From Mobula hypostoma (Eukaryota), in assembly GCF_963921235.1 (NCBI RefSeq), contig NC_086097.1, positions 120,530,001 to 120,594,000 of the forward strand: 64,000 nucleotides of DNA, given 5' to 3'. The notes beneath the pieces were generated by a model. The model was not told the DNA's origin and did no database searches. It saw only the letters and a program-made list of their open reading frames with translations. A program made the position numbers and the translations under genes. Positions 23,150-36,264 of the stretch are shown piece after piece. Position 1 is the stretch's first letter; every line of letters starts with the position of its first letter.

Positions 23150-26100
23150 AGAGTCGACCAGAAAGAAAATGGACTCAGCAGTGGAGAGAGAACAGCTGAC
23201 TTTGGCCCTGAGATTCATTGCTCAGATAGGAGAGAAGTTACAGTCAGTGGAGGCTGTGTTGTCAGAGGTGACTCACACAGTGCGACAGTTACTCGCAGAA
23301 TGACAAGCCAAAACCGAAGTTCATGGAGGGGAAGCTAAATTTCGTAGAGACTGGGTCGGCCAAAATGTCTCAGGCAGCGCAACATCTGGTTTCAGAGCAA
23401 CAAACCCAGTCCAGTCCAAGCAGGAACAACATATGTCAGCCCTCACAGCAACAGTTCAGCAACTCACCACAGACATTCGGAATCAGGTGGCAGTCATTAC
23501 CACTCTCATTGCCGCAATTCAGCAGCCTTTAGCCAGATCAATCCCACTCCCAGCATCTCCCAGATCCTCTCTTCAAAGGTCTTATCAGCCATTATTGCCC
23601 CGACTCCTGTTTCAGTGTCCGGACCAGAACTCAGGCAAATACTCTGGTAACCCAAAGGCTGTAGGAATTTTATTACCCAGCGTGAGCTGACTTTCCAAAC
23701 CTAGCCAGATTGGTCCAGTGATTATGCATATAAACTGGCTTACATGGAGAATCTCCCACTCAGCCTGATCAGCACTCTATGGGAACAAAGTTGCTCCGTA
23801 GCCCAATCACTCCGGCAATTTGTAGTCGAGTTCAAGAGGGTTTTTGATCTTCCAATATGGGGTCAGGAGCTGCCCACTGTCTCCTGGGTTTACACCAAGG
23901 GAAAAGGAGAGTGAGGGACTATGCACTGAAGTTCCGCAGGCTTGCAGTTGAGATCGGGTAGAACAAGAGATCCTTCATCACTGCGCAAAGATCCATCACA
24001 GAAACACTCATGTGACAAGCACAGCAACCATTTCAATTTGACAACCAGGAACTGAGTGGCACAGGAAAAGATGATACTCATAAGCAGGAAGGAGAATCCT
24101 GGTGGTTGATTCTCCCTATATGCATCTTTCCTTAATTATTTAATGCTCCCAGCTTTCTTGCTGTGGCAGTCTCAGACGCATGAGATTCAGGCATTTGACT
24201 CTGGTGCAGCCAGATATCTCTCTGGATATCTCTCTGGCTCAAGGATGGAGAGTTCTGACTCATCAAATGAGGGAGAATATTGATGTCAAAGAGGTCTGAA
24301 TGGTTGACTCTGGGCACTGGCAAGATCCACAAAACCCCTCCAGCTTGTGCTAGAAGGCAACCAACGGGAACAGCTCACCCATCTTGTTAATTCACTCGAT
24401 CTGCCACTGGTGCTTGGCCTTCCCTGGCTATCTCACCACAATCCACAGATTGACTTGTCCCTAAAGACACTCCAAGAGTGGGGACCAGCATGCCTGTCTA
24501 CTTGTCTGGATCCAGGTCAAGCCCCTGTCAATGTGTTCCCTATTGTGCCATCTGCTAGTATAGACCAGTCTGGCATTCTGACTGAATATGTTGAGTTCTT
24601 GAGGTCTTCATTAAGAAGAAAGCTATCTCCCAGGTTCCACACCAGCCGTATGACTGTGCCATTGACCTCTTACCCAGTTCTCATCCTCCCCAGGGCTTGT
24701 GCTTTCCCTCACTTGTCCAAAAACGATGGCCACGTAAGGAGTCAAGATGCATCCATCAATCAACCTCACCAACAGGGGTGGTGTCTTTTTTGTGAGAGAG
24801 AAGGATGGCAAGTTCTATCCCAACATTGACCTATGGGAACCTCAACAACAACACAGTGAAGAACCTTTACCTCTTCCCCTGCTTGCCTCTGTGTTTGAAC
24901 ATCTTCAGGGAGAAATCATATTTTCCAAGACAGATCTGCATAATCCTTATTAAACATTGTTCGTATCTGATAAGGGGATGAGTAGAAGACAACATTCAAC
25001 ACTTTCCATAGCCACAATGAGTAACTCCTGATGCCCTTTGGCATAGCCAACAATCCTGCAGTTTTTCGGTCATTGGTCAACAATGTGCAGCGGGACATGT
25101 AGAAGCAGTCTGTGTTTATGTGTTTAGATGGCAGTTTTATCTGTTCCAGCTCTCACCAGGCATGCATCCAGCATGACTGGAGAGTTCTCAGACAACTCCT
25201 CAAGAACAACTTTTAAATCAAGCCGGAGGAGTGTGAGTTCCATAAAGAGCAGGTGTTGTTCTGGGCGATATCCTCATACCCTCCTGTGTTCACATGGACC
25301 AATGTAAAATTCAGGCAGTCACAGAATGGACTAAATCATCTAAGGTCAAACAAGTGAGGCGTTTCATGGGGCTTGAAACTTTTACTTTTACATCGCTGCC
25401 CCCATAAACACACTCTCCAGAAAGACCTCTGCAGGATTGCTATGGACAGGTGAAACCAACCAAGCATTTTCAGAACTAAAGCAATGATTCACCATTGCCC
25501 TGATGTGGCAGCATCCAGACCAATCCTGGCCGTCGATGCTGATGCTTCAGATGTCAGCATTGTACACTTCTGTGGGTAATCGGATGCATCCGTATGCCTT
25601 ACTTTCATGTCACTTGATTGCTGCCAACTGTAACTGTGAATTCGGAAACTGAGAGGTTCTGGCTGTCAAGAAGTCCTGGCAGCATGGTGACATTGGCTAT
25701 AGGGGGTAGAGCACCCCTTTCTGGTATGGACAGATCACAAGAACCTCTCCTATATTCAAGAGACACCAAGAGACTCAATTCCTATCAAGCCCTTTGGCTT
25801 CTCTTTTTCAGCCAGTTTAATGTCACCCTCATTTACCGTCTTACTGGAGCAGCAAGAACACCAAGGCTGATGCTCTTTCCCACCAGCTTGACACCTTGGC
25901 GGACAATGTCAGTCCAGAGCCCATCATTCCTCGATCAAGGATTGCTGCTCCACTGATTTGGGGAATAAAGGCAAAAGTGACAGCTGCCCAACAGTTTGAT
26001 CCAGGCCCAGGTGGTGGAATCTCCTAATCAGCTGTTTGTCTCTTCCACTGTGTGCCCAGAATGTTGGAGTGGGATCAGTCTTCCCATCTGGTTGGCCATC

Positions 26101-26985
26101 TGCAAATTCAATGGACCCTGGAATTTATAGAGACATTTTTTTGTGGCAGTCTTTGTCCAATCAGGTCCATGACTTCATCCCTGGCTGTCTGACATGCCAG
26201 AAGAAGACATCATGTCAGCGATCTGTGGGTCTGCTCTGCCTCCTTCCTGTGCCTTACTTCTTGGTGGATTTCATCACTAGTTTGCTCCCTTCAGGTGGAA
26301 ACACAACTATTCTGGTAGTTGTGGACCGGTTCTCCAAGGCTGCCCATCTCATTGCTCTCCCGACCTCCCTTTGGCCTGTGCCACCTTCATGGTTCGTCAC
26401 TTGTCCAGCCTGCATGGCTTCCCTCAGGACATGGAGAACCGCATTTCACATCGCATTTTTGGAAGGCTTCTATTCTGTTCTGGAAGCCACAGCTAGCCAC
26501 TCTCATCAGGTTTCCACCCTCAATCTAATGGCCGGAAACAACCCTCCACAGCCTTGTCACTTCCGACCTGAAGCTCCCAACTGGTTGGAACAGAAATTCT
26601 CCACAACAGCTTCCAGCTGTATCCTCTGGCGTGTCCCCCTTTGAATGCCAGAAGGGATTCCAAGAGATTGACATGGGTGTTGGAGCTGCTGAACCGTTGG
26701 TCCAGTACTACAAGTGCATATGGAGATGGGCCAGGGCTTCTCTGCTGTGCACTGAGAAACAATAGACATGGCAGCATGACTGGCTCTGCCGAAAGATGAG
26801 GCCTCTCAAGCCAGCGGAGAAAGTCTGGCTGGTGTCTAGAGAACTTCTATTGAAAACTGAGAGCTGCAAGTTGGCCCTACGCTATGTGGGATCATTCATA
26901 GTGGAGAAGGCTAGCAACAAAACCTCCTATAGATTTCACCTATCAACATCAATAACTCTGCCGATTAAAAGCAATTTTGTCTAAG
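23150..26985 (+). mobile_element. Heavily decayed Ty3/Gypsy (Sushi/chromovirus-like) gag-pol region, no LTRs seen
   Basis: Ordered remnants: gag (KYSGNP), protease (FDSGAA; LVLGLPWLSHHNPQID), RT (VFFVREKDG; IFSKTDL; MPFGIANNPAVF), RNase H (DASDV), integrase (DFITSLLPSGGNTTILVVVDRFSKAAH; KVWL...KLALRYVGSF). Confidence 0.9.
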
Positions 26986-27384
26986 AGTTCAGTAGTACTG
27001 TGTTGGTGAACCTTTGGTTGACTGAACTCCCTGACTAGCAGCATTGAAATACTATGTAAGAATTTAAAACTAGCTCCATTATTGCCAGCTGGAGAAGAAA
27101 CTACATCTCTGTTCACCACCATTATATTCATTTGCAGTCTGCTGACTTCTTTTAACCTTTTCCACCACTTCAAAAGTATAAGCCTACACAGGTTATTTGT
27201 AGATGAATTTGTTCCTTAGGTGAATGCAATTCTAACAATATTTATGATATTCAATGCCATTCAGGACACAGCATTTGAAATATGGATGCAAGGAAGGTTG
27301 TTCAAAATCCCATGGGCAGTATTCAGTCCTGAGTCAATTAAAGCTACTTGTTCCCTTTAAGACATGATATCCATGGAGATGCTA

Positions 27385-27715
27385 ATTGAGCGGCACATTG
27401 ATTCTGCATGAGATACCCTTGTCTCCCAGCTCCGGTGACCTGGGTTCAATTAGGAACACTAGTGTTGTCTCTGCAACGTTCATATGGTCTCCCTGTGACT
27501 GTGTGAGTTTCCCTTGCTATCTGTTTCCTCACACGTCCCAAAGATATGTGGCTGTTAAGTTAATGGGCTGCTGTAAATTGCCACCAGTGTGAAGGTGACT
27601 GGTGGGAGAGTCAGGGACTCATACAGTGAATAAACTGAAAGGAAATAAGCCAGGGGATAGATTTGATGTGATTGTTCTAAGGGAAGACATTAATTCAATG
27701 GGCTAAATATACACT
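27385..27715 (+). mobile_element. Old V-SINE
   Basis: CAGCTCCGGTGACCTGGGTTCAAT head and GTTTCCTCACACGTCCCAAAGA V-domain. Confidence 0.65.
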
Positions 27716-28494
27716 TTGTAGAGAAAATATTTTGATACCAAATAATTTTCTTTGCCTCAATGAAGCAGCCATCCAAATCAATGACATTTTCACTCCTTCC
27801 ACCTCCCTTTGACAAGAAGATACTAAATCTGAAAAGCACATACCACCAGGCTTAAGGGCAACTTCTATCCCACTGTTATAAAACTATTAAATGATTCAAT
27901 AAGATAGATTTTTGACCTCATTATCTATCTCATTTTGACCATATTGTCTTCCTGCACTACACTTTGTCTGTAACTGTCGCACTCCATTTTTTTTTGCCTT
28001 GTACTACCTCAGTGCATTGTCGTAATGAACTGATCTGTATGCAAGACAAGTTTTCACTGTATCTCAGCATGTAATAAACTAAATTACTTCATTCTACCTC
28101 AGCACAATAATAAATTCATTTACCAATTTTACCTCACATTCACTCTTGGTTGCAGTGTGTGTCCTCTGTAAAATGCATTGTAGCAATCCAACACCTCCCA
28201 CACTCTCAAACCATGTCACCTAAATGGGAAAACAAGGGTACAGTTACATGGACACCTTTCCAAACTCCTCTCTGAATTACATGCTACCTTGACTTGTAAA
28301 TGTATTGTTGCCGTGTCTGAATCCTGGAGATCCCTGCCTACTAATTCTGTTTGATAACAACACCACAATGTTCAAGAAAGCTTTTATATTTTAAGAGATA
28401 TCAAAAACCCCCCTTAAAAACTTAAACTTTCGGTCAAGAGGTACCAGGCTGCAGTCTCGATCAAGATTATAGCTCAGCCCCAATTGTTTAATTT

Positions 28495-29898
28495 TGTAGG
28501 TCTTAAGGGAGTTTCCTTTTTCACACAAGACTTAGACTCAGGTATTCTTTAGGAGACTCTTTATTTACTTGACACAGCAAACCATCCCTCCGGAGAGCCA
28601 CAACTCTGTTTACAATCAGTCCACGTATCCACTGTATGCTTGATTCTAACAGGTACGGTTTGTTCAACATTACCACATGTGGTACTGTTTGAAGAAAGCT
28701 ATAGAGAAATCACTTAAGTCACGCAGCCTCGTAGTATACAGCAGCAGGCTAAAGGGTAGCACCAGAGGCAGCCTCGTAGCGTACAGCAGTAGGCTCAAGG
28801 GCAGTATCATGATTCTCTGCTGATTTAGAAATGAACCTATATAGACACGCAATCCTATAGTCTCACAAATGTATTTACTGACACAGTTGGCCAAAATCTT
28901 CCATAGTAGGGATGGTTTTGGGGACTAAGAGAGGAGTTAGAGGTCATTTTGGGGTTAAGGGACAGGGATGTGGGTGAGTTGGTTGTCAAGTTTGGGTTTA
29001 TGGACATGGATGTAGAGTAGTTAGAGGTTCGGCTTCTGCTCCATGATTGGTGTTTGAAGACCACCAAAATGGACCAAAGACAAAGGACATCTGGAGTTCA
29101 GGCCTCTGCTCCATGTCTGAAGGCCAGTGCGACGTGGACAGGTGATGTATGACTCCATAAATGTTGGGCTGTACCAGATTAGTATGTACTGGGATTGGCT
29201 GTCCATGCAAGCAGGAGGCACTAGAGTAATGAATATTCATCTCTCGGGGTTGTGAGGGCTTTATGCCAAGTTCAGCTTTCTAACACAGCAGCTGGCTCTT
29301 CTAGAAATAGAACAGTTGTTTTTGAGTAAGTTAAACTTCCAACCTTAATTTTCTGTTCAGCTTGTTCTCATAAACTAGAACCAGTTTTCAGTTCTTAATG
29401 TAAATTGCAAACAATAATCAGTCTGAATTTTAAAGGATACCTTTGCAAACAAACAGCATTGTAAATAGAACATAAGATGTTGTCCCCCAACGTGGGGCTG
29501 ACTACTCAAGATATGTTGTATAAAACAATGGGTTTATGTTAACTGGCCTGTATTAAACCAGGCAACATTGACTAAGTTACTTAGTTCAAAGAGGCTTGCA
29601 GGCCAGGCTAATATTATCACTTAGCACGTTAAATCGCCGATCTATCAATATCTGGAAGATCTGTGTACTCAGAGATACAGTCCTCATTTCATTAATTTTG
29701 AGTGTTTGGGAACTCTTTTGCCAGAAGCTTTTAGACCAGAGGATTTCTGAAATCCAGGAAGGTAGCGGAAAAAATATCATATCTGTGTGATATCACCAAA
29801 GTGACAAAACAGCAGTATAAGTGTAAGAGATCAGTCAAGGTTGTTAGGTATGGTCAAGGATTAGCAAGAAGAATGACAGAGAGACATTTGTGATGACA
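28495..29898. repeat. Unclassified, possibly LTR-like element with an internal 45-bp tandem duplication
   Basis: Right half is homologous to 8223-8830; tandem unit starts at 28723 and 28768; candidate TG...CA ends are uncertain. Confidence 0.45.
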
Positions 29899-29944
29899 TT
29901 AAGTCTTTTCATATTCCTAATTCAGTAGAGCTACTGGTGTGCCT

Positions 29945-30550
29945 ACTTCATGATTGCCTCAACATGTTGGCCCCAGGGTAGCTCTGCTGAGATAATGACA
30001 CCCAGGAACTTGAAGATGCTCTCCCTTTCCATGAGGGTCCCCTCAATATGGACTGGTGAGCGTTCTCCAGACTTTCCCTTCCAGAAGCCACTATCAATTC
30101 CTTGGTCCTGCTGTCAATAAATGCAAGATTGTTGTTGTGACACCACTCAACCAGATGATCTATCTTACTCCTGTATGTCTCTTCATCACCATCTGAGATT
30201 TGGCCAACAGCAGCAGCGTCATTATAAAATGTATAAATTCTATTTACGCTGTGCCTAGCCACATAGTTATGCATGCAGGGAGAGTAGAGCAGGAGCTAAG
30301 AAAACATCCGTGAGATGCTGTTGTGTGGATAGTCAGTAAGGAGGCAATGTTGTAACTGATCCACACTGACTGCGGTCTCCTATAAGGAAGCCAAGAACCT
30401 TGTTCCAGACAGAGGCCCAGGTTTTGAAGCTTTTTAACGGTGGTGCTGAATGCTGAGCTGTAGTCAATAGACAGAGTCTTGGTATATGTTTTGCTGTGGT
30501 CTACAGTGGGTGCTCCAATATTGAGTGGAGAGCCAGTGAGATTTTGTCCT
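29945..30550 (-). mobile_element. Rex1/Babar-type LINE RT fragment
   Basis: GQISDGDEETYRSKIDHLVEWCHNNNL...TKELIV. Confidence 0.8.
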
Positions 30551-30551
30551 T

Positions 30552-30691
30552 TGACACAAATGTCCTACCGAAGGGTTTCGGCCCGAAACATCGACTGTAC
30601 TCTTCTCTTAGATGCTGCCTAGCCTGCTGAGTTCTTCCAGCATTTTGTGTATCTTGCTCAGATTTCCAACATCTGGAGGTTTTCTCTTGTT
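30552..30691 (+). mobile_element. Penelope-like terminal insertion with about 15-bp TSD
   Basis: TGAGATTTTGTCCTT at 30537-30551 and 30692-30706. The hammerhead has a perfect stem II (GGGU-UUCG-GCCC) but a mutated core (CUACCGA). Confidence 0.8.
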
Positions 30692-33173
30692 TGAGATTTT
30701 GTCCTTGAGAGAATAGAGAAATAAAAATAATTACTGGGTCTAGGAATGGCATGAGTATTGGCAGCTGACTGTGATTACCCGTGTGTTACCCCTGCAAGCA
30801 ATTAGCACTGACAATTAAAGACTAATTTGAATACTTGCAAGCATATTGGATCCCCACCAATGGAATACAATCATCAAACGGGTGGAAATTGAGTACAGCA
30901 AAGAGATCAGAGGATTTCAGCAAAATCTGGCTCATTAGGATACTGTGTTGGATAACTCAGATTTTTCCAATTTGTAAGGATTAGTGAAAAGACTTGGGGA
31001 GGGAGAGAATTCCAGACAGCAGATCTCGTGACATGTTGATGAGCTTGGGCATTGCAAAAAGCAGAGTTCTTGTAGGCTTATAGAGTAGGGAATACTGCAC
31101 ATGAAGGACGGCATAGACCATGAAGAGACATCATCACAGGGATATGAACTTTAAAGTCAGATCCACTGTAGGTCAGAATGCAGAGGAGACTTGGGTGAAC
31201 AAAGTTTGCTATAGATAAGAACACACAGTCCAGAGTTTTAATTGAGCACAAATTCTTGACTAGAAATGATGATGGGATAATGATAAAAGGGCAAGTTTTG
31301 GACTTTTAACTACATTTTTCCACAGTCAAAGTGAATTAAAATAGGCTATAATAAGAATTAAATTGCACAGTGTTGTAACATTCAACATGTCTACTTTGTC
31401 ATATGTTCATGTGAGAAGGAGGCATGAGAAGGCCCTAGGGACAGTCAGTCGGCACACCTGGAGATCAAGCATGGAGTGAAGGGTCCTGAAATATCAGCTA
31501 GAATTGAAGCCTGAAGATCAATTGGAAGTCTGGAAGCTGAAGACCAATGGAAAAGTTTGGAAACTGGAAGCGTGTCCTGAAATTGGAGGATGGTCTGTGT
31601 GAATGGGTGGGTGAAATGGAGGGAGGGAGAGAGGGAGGAAGAGTGCTTGTTTTGCTGGCATTGCTTTAATGCTTGTTGTGTTCTGTGTTGTTCTGTCAAG
31701 CGTTGTGGGGTCGCTATGTTGGCGCCAGAACGTGTTGCGACACATGTGGGCTGCCCCCAGCACATGCTTAAGTGTGTCGGTTGATAACACAAATGATGTG
31801 ATAAATAAATCTGAATCTGAATCTGTTCCATGTCATGGACAGGGGGATTGTTTTTACACACATGAAGGGAACTCCTACGGGAAACTGGAAACTCTGGAAT
31901 ATACCACCTTTGTTTTAGCACCTGTTATCACAAAGGAAATGAAGTCTCAATCAAAAGTAATAAGGAATAACAGAATTCTTGTGCTTGCTTGTGAGGCTTT
32001 TGTACCTTCACCCAGTGACTGTATGGGTTTCCTCCGGCTGCTCCAGTTTCCTCCCATATTCTAAAATGACTCTGGTTAGTAGGTTGATTGGTCACATGGG
32101 TATAATTGGACAGCTGGATCTTTAAATAAAAAAAATCAATAAATTATAAAAAGAGCCAACAGGCAAATGCATGAGTCCAAATTTCCTATTTATAAACTTC
32201 AGTTGCAATATTTGAATTAATTTTAATTAAATATATCCCACCATTAAATAAGTGTTTGTAAAATACTTTATCTGAAGAGCAATTCTGAACCATGCTATTG
32301 AATCAACTATAAGGGTAAAAGTGAACTGAACTTTTTAAGATCCGCTTGGGTCAGCTACCTTCCTGGGATCGCCCTGATTCTGATTGTCACGATCCGGCAC
32401 ATAGGTTGGGTCTTGTGTGAAGCAATGGCATCATTTAAATGGGTCAGAAAATGTTCTACATACAAAACAAATGGGAAGCCACCAACCTTTTCTTGTGTCA
32501 CAACTCATATCACTGTTGAAGGTACTGGGTACTTCAAAAATATTCTCAAACTGTTAAAAGTAAACTAAGCAATTTAAGAGCATGATATAATGATACAAAG
32601 CATAAAAACACTAAAAATTGAAAAAAAATTAATGTAATAATTAATTCAATAGAATTTAAATTAACTTAACCTTCCACCTCACAGCTGGTTCTCTCAGTTG
32701 GAGAGAATGTCCTCAGTGTCAATTTACTCGGTCTGATCTGGCACAGTTCGTCAGAGTAACTGCTGAGGGACTCAGACTCCAGATGGATCCAGTGTGGGAG
32801 AACACTTGGGAAAATTTCAGCAGAGAGCAGCAGGTAGCAATATCTGGTGATTTGCACTCATGTAGATGTCCCAGTACTGATGGCTGATACATGACAAGCA
32901 GCCTGGCATAGAACCAGGGACATTTTCTTACAAGATCCTGTACAGTGATCTAACTGAGATGTGCTTTCAGTTAATCAGGGCAAGTCCTCATAATTCTGAG
33001 CTAAAGTAGTCAAATTAAGAAATAATTATGATCAAGATAGAACCAGAATCAGGGTTAATATCACTGACATTTATTGTGCAATTTGTTACCTTTGCGGCAG
33101 CAGTACAATGCAGTACATGATGACAGAGAGAAAAAGAAAATTGAATTACAGTAAATATATATATATATATATA

Positions 33174-33596
33174 TGTCACAAAAAACTGTGGGTCAATTGT
33201 TTAAGGAAAATAACCAGATGGCTTGAGTCACAAAAATAGATTGAGGTGCTTTTATTTACCTCAAAACAAAACAAAAACTGGGAAAAAAACTATATATATA
33301 TATAGCAATCCTCAGACTAAACACAAAAGAAAACTAATGCCAAAGCGTTGGTAACCTGAGGCTTATAACTGCTAAGTCCCTTCTCCTAGATCAACCAAAA
33401 GCTAATTAACTCAATTATCCAATTAAAGATGGTATCCTCCACCATCAGCACACCTGTGCAGGTTGCTGCTCCCTCTATATGAGACAGCTCCATGCAGCAG
33501 CTCTGTTTCAAACCCAGTCACTATTACTGCTGGGGATGAGTGTTTTACCGAGTGCACCATGTGCCGTCTGTAGTTAGTGACGGGCCTTCGTCACTA
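33174..33596 (-). mobile_element. Probable solo LTR in (TA)n
   Basis: Starts TGTCAC and ends GTCAC(T)A; flanked by (TA)n on both sides; TTTATT near the left end. Confidence 0.6.
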
Positions 33597-33612
33597 TATA
33601 TATATATATGTA

Positions 33613-34310
33613 TGTAGTCCCCCGGCCAGCCTCAGGGTCACTCGGCTCGCTGTCGTCTAGGGAGACAGCCCTCCGCCCTGCCAAACTGGGTAATCAGTTT
33701 GTGTGGCTGCTGTGTGATGTACCCCACCCCACCCAAATAACAGACAATACACCAGACACGATTAAATGATTTACAGTTTATAGATATTACTGGAACTATA
33801 TAATTAATAGAGAATAAAATATAAAAGGAAAATAAAAGGCGCCACACTTATCAAAGTTCAGTCTCTTCATGCACAAACAGTGGAGCTTAGGACCCTGCTT
33901 CTTCACCCGACGACCCTTCAGACCACCTCGACCAGCCACCTGGGACCAACAACGGTGGTCGACTAGACGCTCCACACGAGTCCGTCTCTGTTTCCTCTCC
34001 TCGCCGAACACCCCGCTCGGGGTCCGACCCCGTTAGTGAACTTATAGCACCTGGTCCATCCTCTGTCTCTCTCTCCCGCCTTCTCCCCCAAAACCCCACG
34101 CAAGCAATATCTTACAGACACACCAAAAGCACAACAACTATTGTAATTGGTTCATTCGTCCTTTTATCAATAGATAATCGAAAACAAACTGCTAGCGGGA
34201 AGGACTTTCTCAGCAGTTAACATAACAAAGAAGCCCTTTCAATTATAACATTACAAAGAAGGCATTTTAATTAGACTACGCAGTGACATAAAAAAAGGAA
34301 ACCCCTTATA
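33613..34310. mobile_element. Probable solo LTR (family related to 20261-20868)
   Basis: TGTAG start, CpG-rich, non-coding, homologous to the 20261 element. Confidence 0.65.
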
Positions 34311-36135
34311 TACATATTGCACTATTTCATATATATATATATTTTGTGCAAAAAATAGGAAATAAAAAATAGTATGAGGTAGTGTTCATGGGTTCAATGT
34401 CATTTAGAACTCAGATACCAGAAGGGATAAAGCTGTTCCTGAATCATTGAGTGTGTGCCTTCAGGCTTCTATACCTCCTTGATGGTAGCAATGAGAAGAA
34501 GGCATGTCCTGGGCACTGGAGGTCCTTCACAATGGACATTGCCTTTATGAGGCATCGCTCCTTGAAGAATTCCTGGATATTACAGAGGCTAGTGCCCATG
34601 ATGGAGTTGACTAATGTTACAACTCTCTGCTGCTTACTTCGATCTGATGCAGTACCCTCCCCCCCACCCCCGCATTTTCACACCGGGTGGTAGTGCAGCC
34701 AACCAGAATGCTTTCCGCAGTGCATTTGTTGAAGCTTTCATGTGCTTTAGTTGACAAACCAAATCTTCTCAAACTCCTAATGAAATATAGCCTCTAATTT
34801 GTCTTGCATCTAGGTTAGGCCCTCAGAAATATTAACACCCAGGAACCTGAAATTGCTCACTCTCTCCACTTCAGATCCCTCTGAAGATTGCTTTGTGTTC
34901 CCTTGTCTTACCCTTTCTGAATTCCACAATCAGTTCTTTGGTCTCGCTGATGTTGAGTGCAAGGTAGTTGCTGTGATACCACTCAACCAACTGGTATATC
35001 TCGCTCCTGTATGCCCTTTCGTCACCTTCTGAAATCTTGCCTACAATGGCTGCAACATCAGGAAATTTACTGGTGGCCTTTGAGTTATGCCTAGCCATAC
35101 AGTTATGAGTGTAGGGAGAGTAAAGCAGTGGGCTAAGCACACAGCCCTCTGGTGCACCAGTGTTGATTGTCACTGAGGTGGAGATGTTATTTCCAATCCA
35201 CATGGAATGTGGTCTTCCAGTTCGGAAATTGAGGATCCAGTTGCAGAGGGAGGTACAGATTCTGTAGCTTTTCAATCGGGTTTACATTCTTTCAACACAA
35301 AGATAACAATAAACGATTAACTGCAGTTCCAATTGCTAAAACAACTTACTTATCTCTAACATCTTGAATAGTCAGGTAAATTTGTAAAATTACATCTTTA
35401 CGACAGAAACACATCCCAACTTGCAGAACTTCCTTGGATATTCACTGCTGAGGCCTGAATGTTTGATTGCTTTATTGTTTGCACAATTTGTTATTTTTTC
35501 TCTCTTTGCACATTGGACGTTCGACACTCTTCTTTTGTTTCTAATGCCTTCTGTTGGGGTTCTTTGTTTCATGGCAGTCTGTAAGGAGACTCATTTTAAG
35601 GTTGTATAAAATATATATACTTTGTAAATAAATGTACTGTGAACTTTGATGTCTACTCCAACAGATTTTAAGTGCAAATTGCGGGCACCGAAAATACACT
35701 ATATTCTTTTGTCACAGGGTTGAAGGATGGCTCCATAAACATACAACCAAGCAGATCATTCTTGTTCTAAACTGTGCTTTAGATGTCAGGGATACACCTT
35801 TAGCAAAATGCTAACAGCAGGAACATTCATCTATGGCTTCTCCTATTTATCTTCAATGGGACGGAATCAGAAAGTCCCACACCCAATGGTCTCACTGACT
35901 ATAATGTATCAGTTGAAAGTTAAATTGTGTACAAGTTTTATTTCCTGAATAACACACACAAAATGCATGAAGAACTCAGCAGATCTGAATCAAAATCAGA
36001 GTCAGGTTTTTCATCACTGGCATGTGACGTGAAATTTGTTAACTTAGCAGCAGCAGCTCAAAACATAATCTAGCAGAGAAAATAATAATAATAAATAAAA
36101 TAATGGCAATAAATAAACAAGTAAATCAATTACGT

Positions 36136-36264
36136 AACACACATCAAAGTAGCTGGTGAACGCAGCAGGCCAGGCAGCATCTCTAAGAAGAGGTACAGTC
36201 AACTTTTTGGGCCGAGACCTTTCGTCCTGACGAAGAGTCTCGGCCCAAAATGTTGACTGTACCT
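36136..36264. mobile_element. Penelope-like terminus with inverted duplication of the hammerhead segment
   Basis: 36-nt arms 36191-36226 and 36229-36264 are reverse complements (33 of 36 positions). Confidence 0.85.

Larger units (their letters stand above)
33040..35280 (-). mobile_element. Rex1/Babar-type LINE interrupted by two LTR-like insertions
   Basis: ORF 34871-35275 [15 protein letters not shown]...[11 protein letters not shown]; the 3' UTR is split at the (TA)n tract; tail near 33040. Confidence 0.85.

Noticed and set aside
26036..26644. 202-aa ORF as a domesticated integrase or RTL gene
   Set aside because: Only patches are in the integrase frame; the surrounding element is full of stops and frameshifts.
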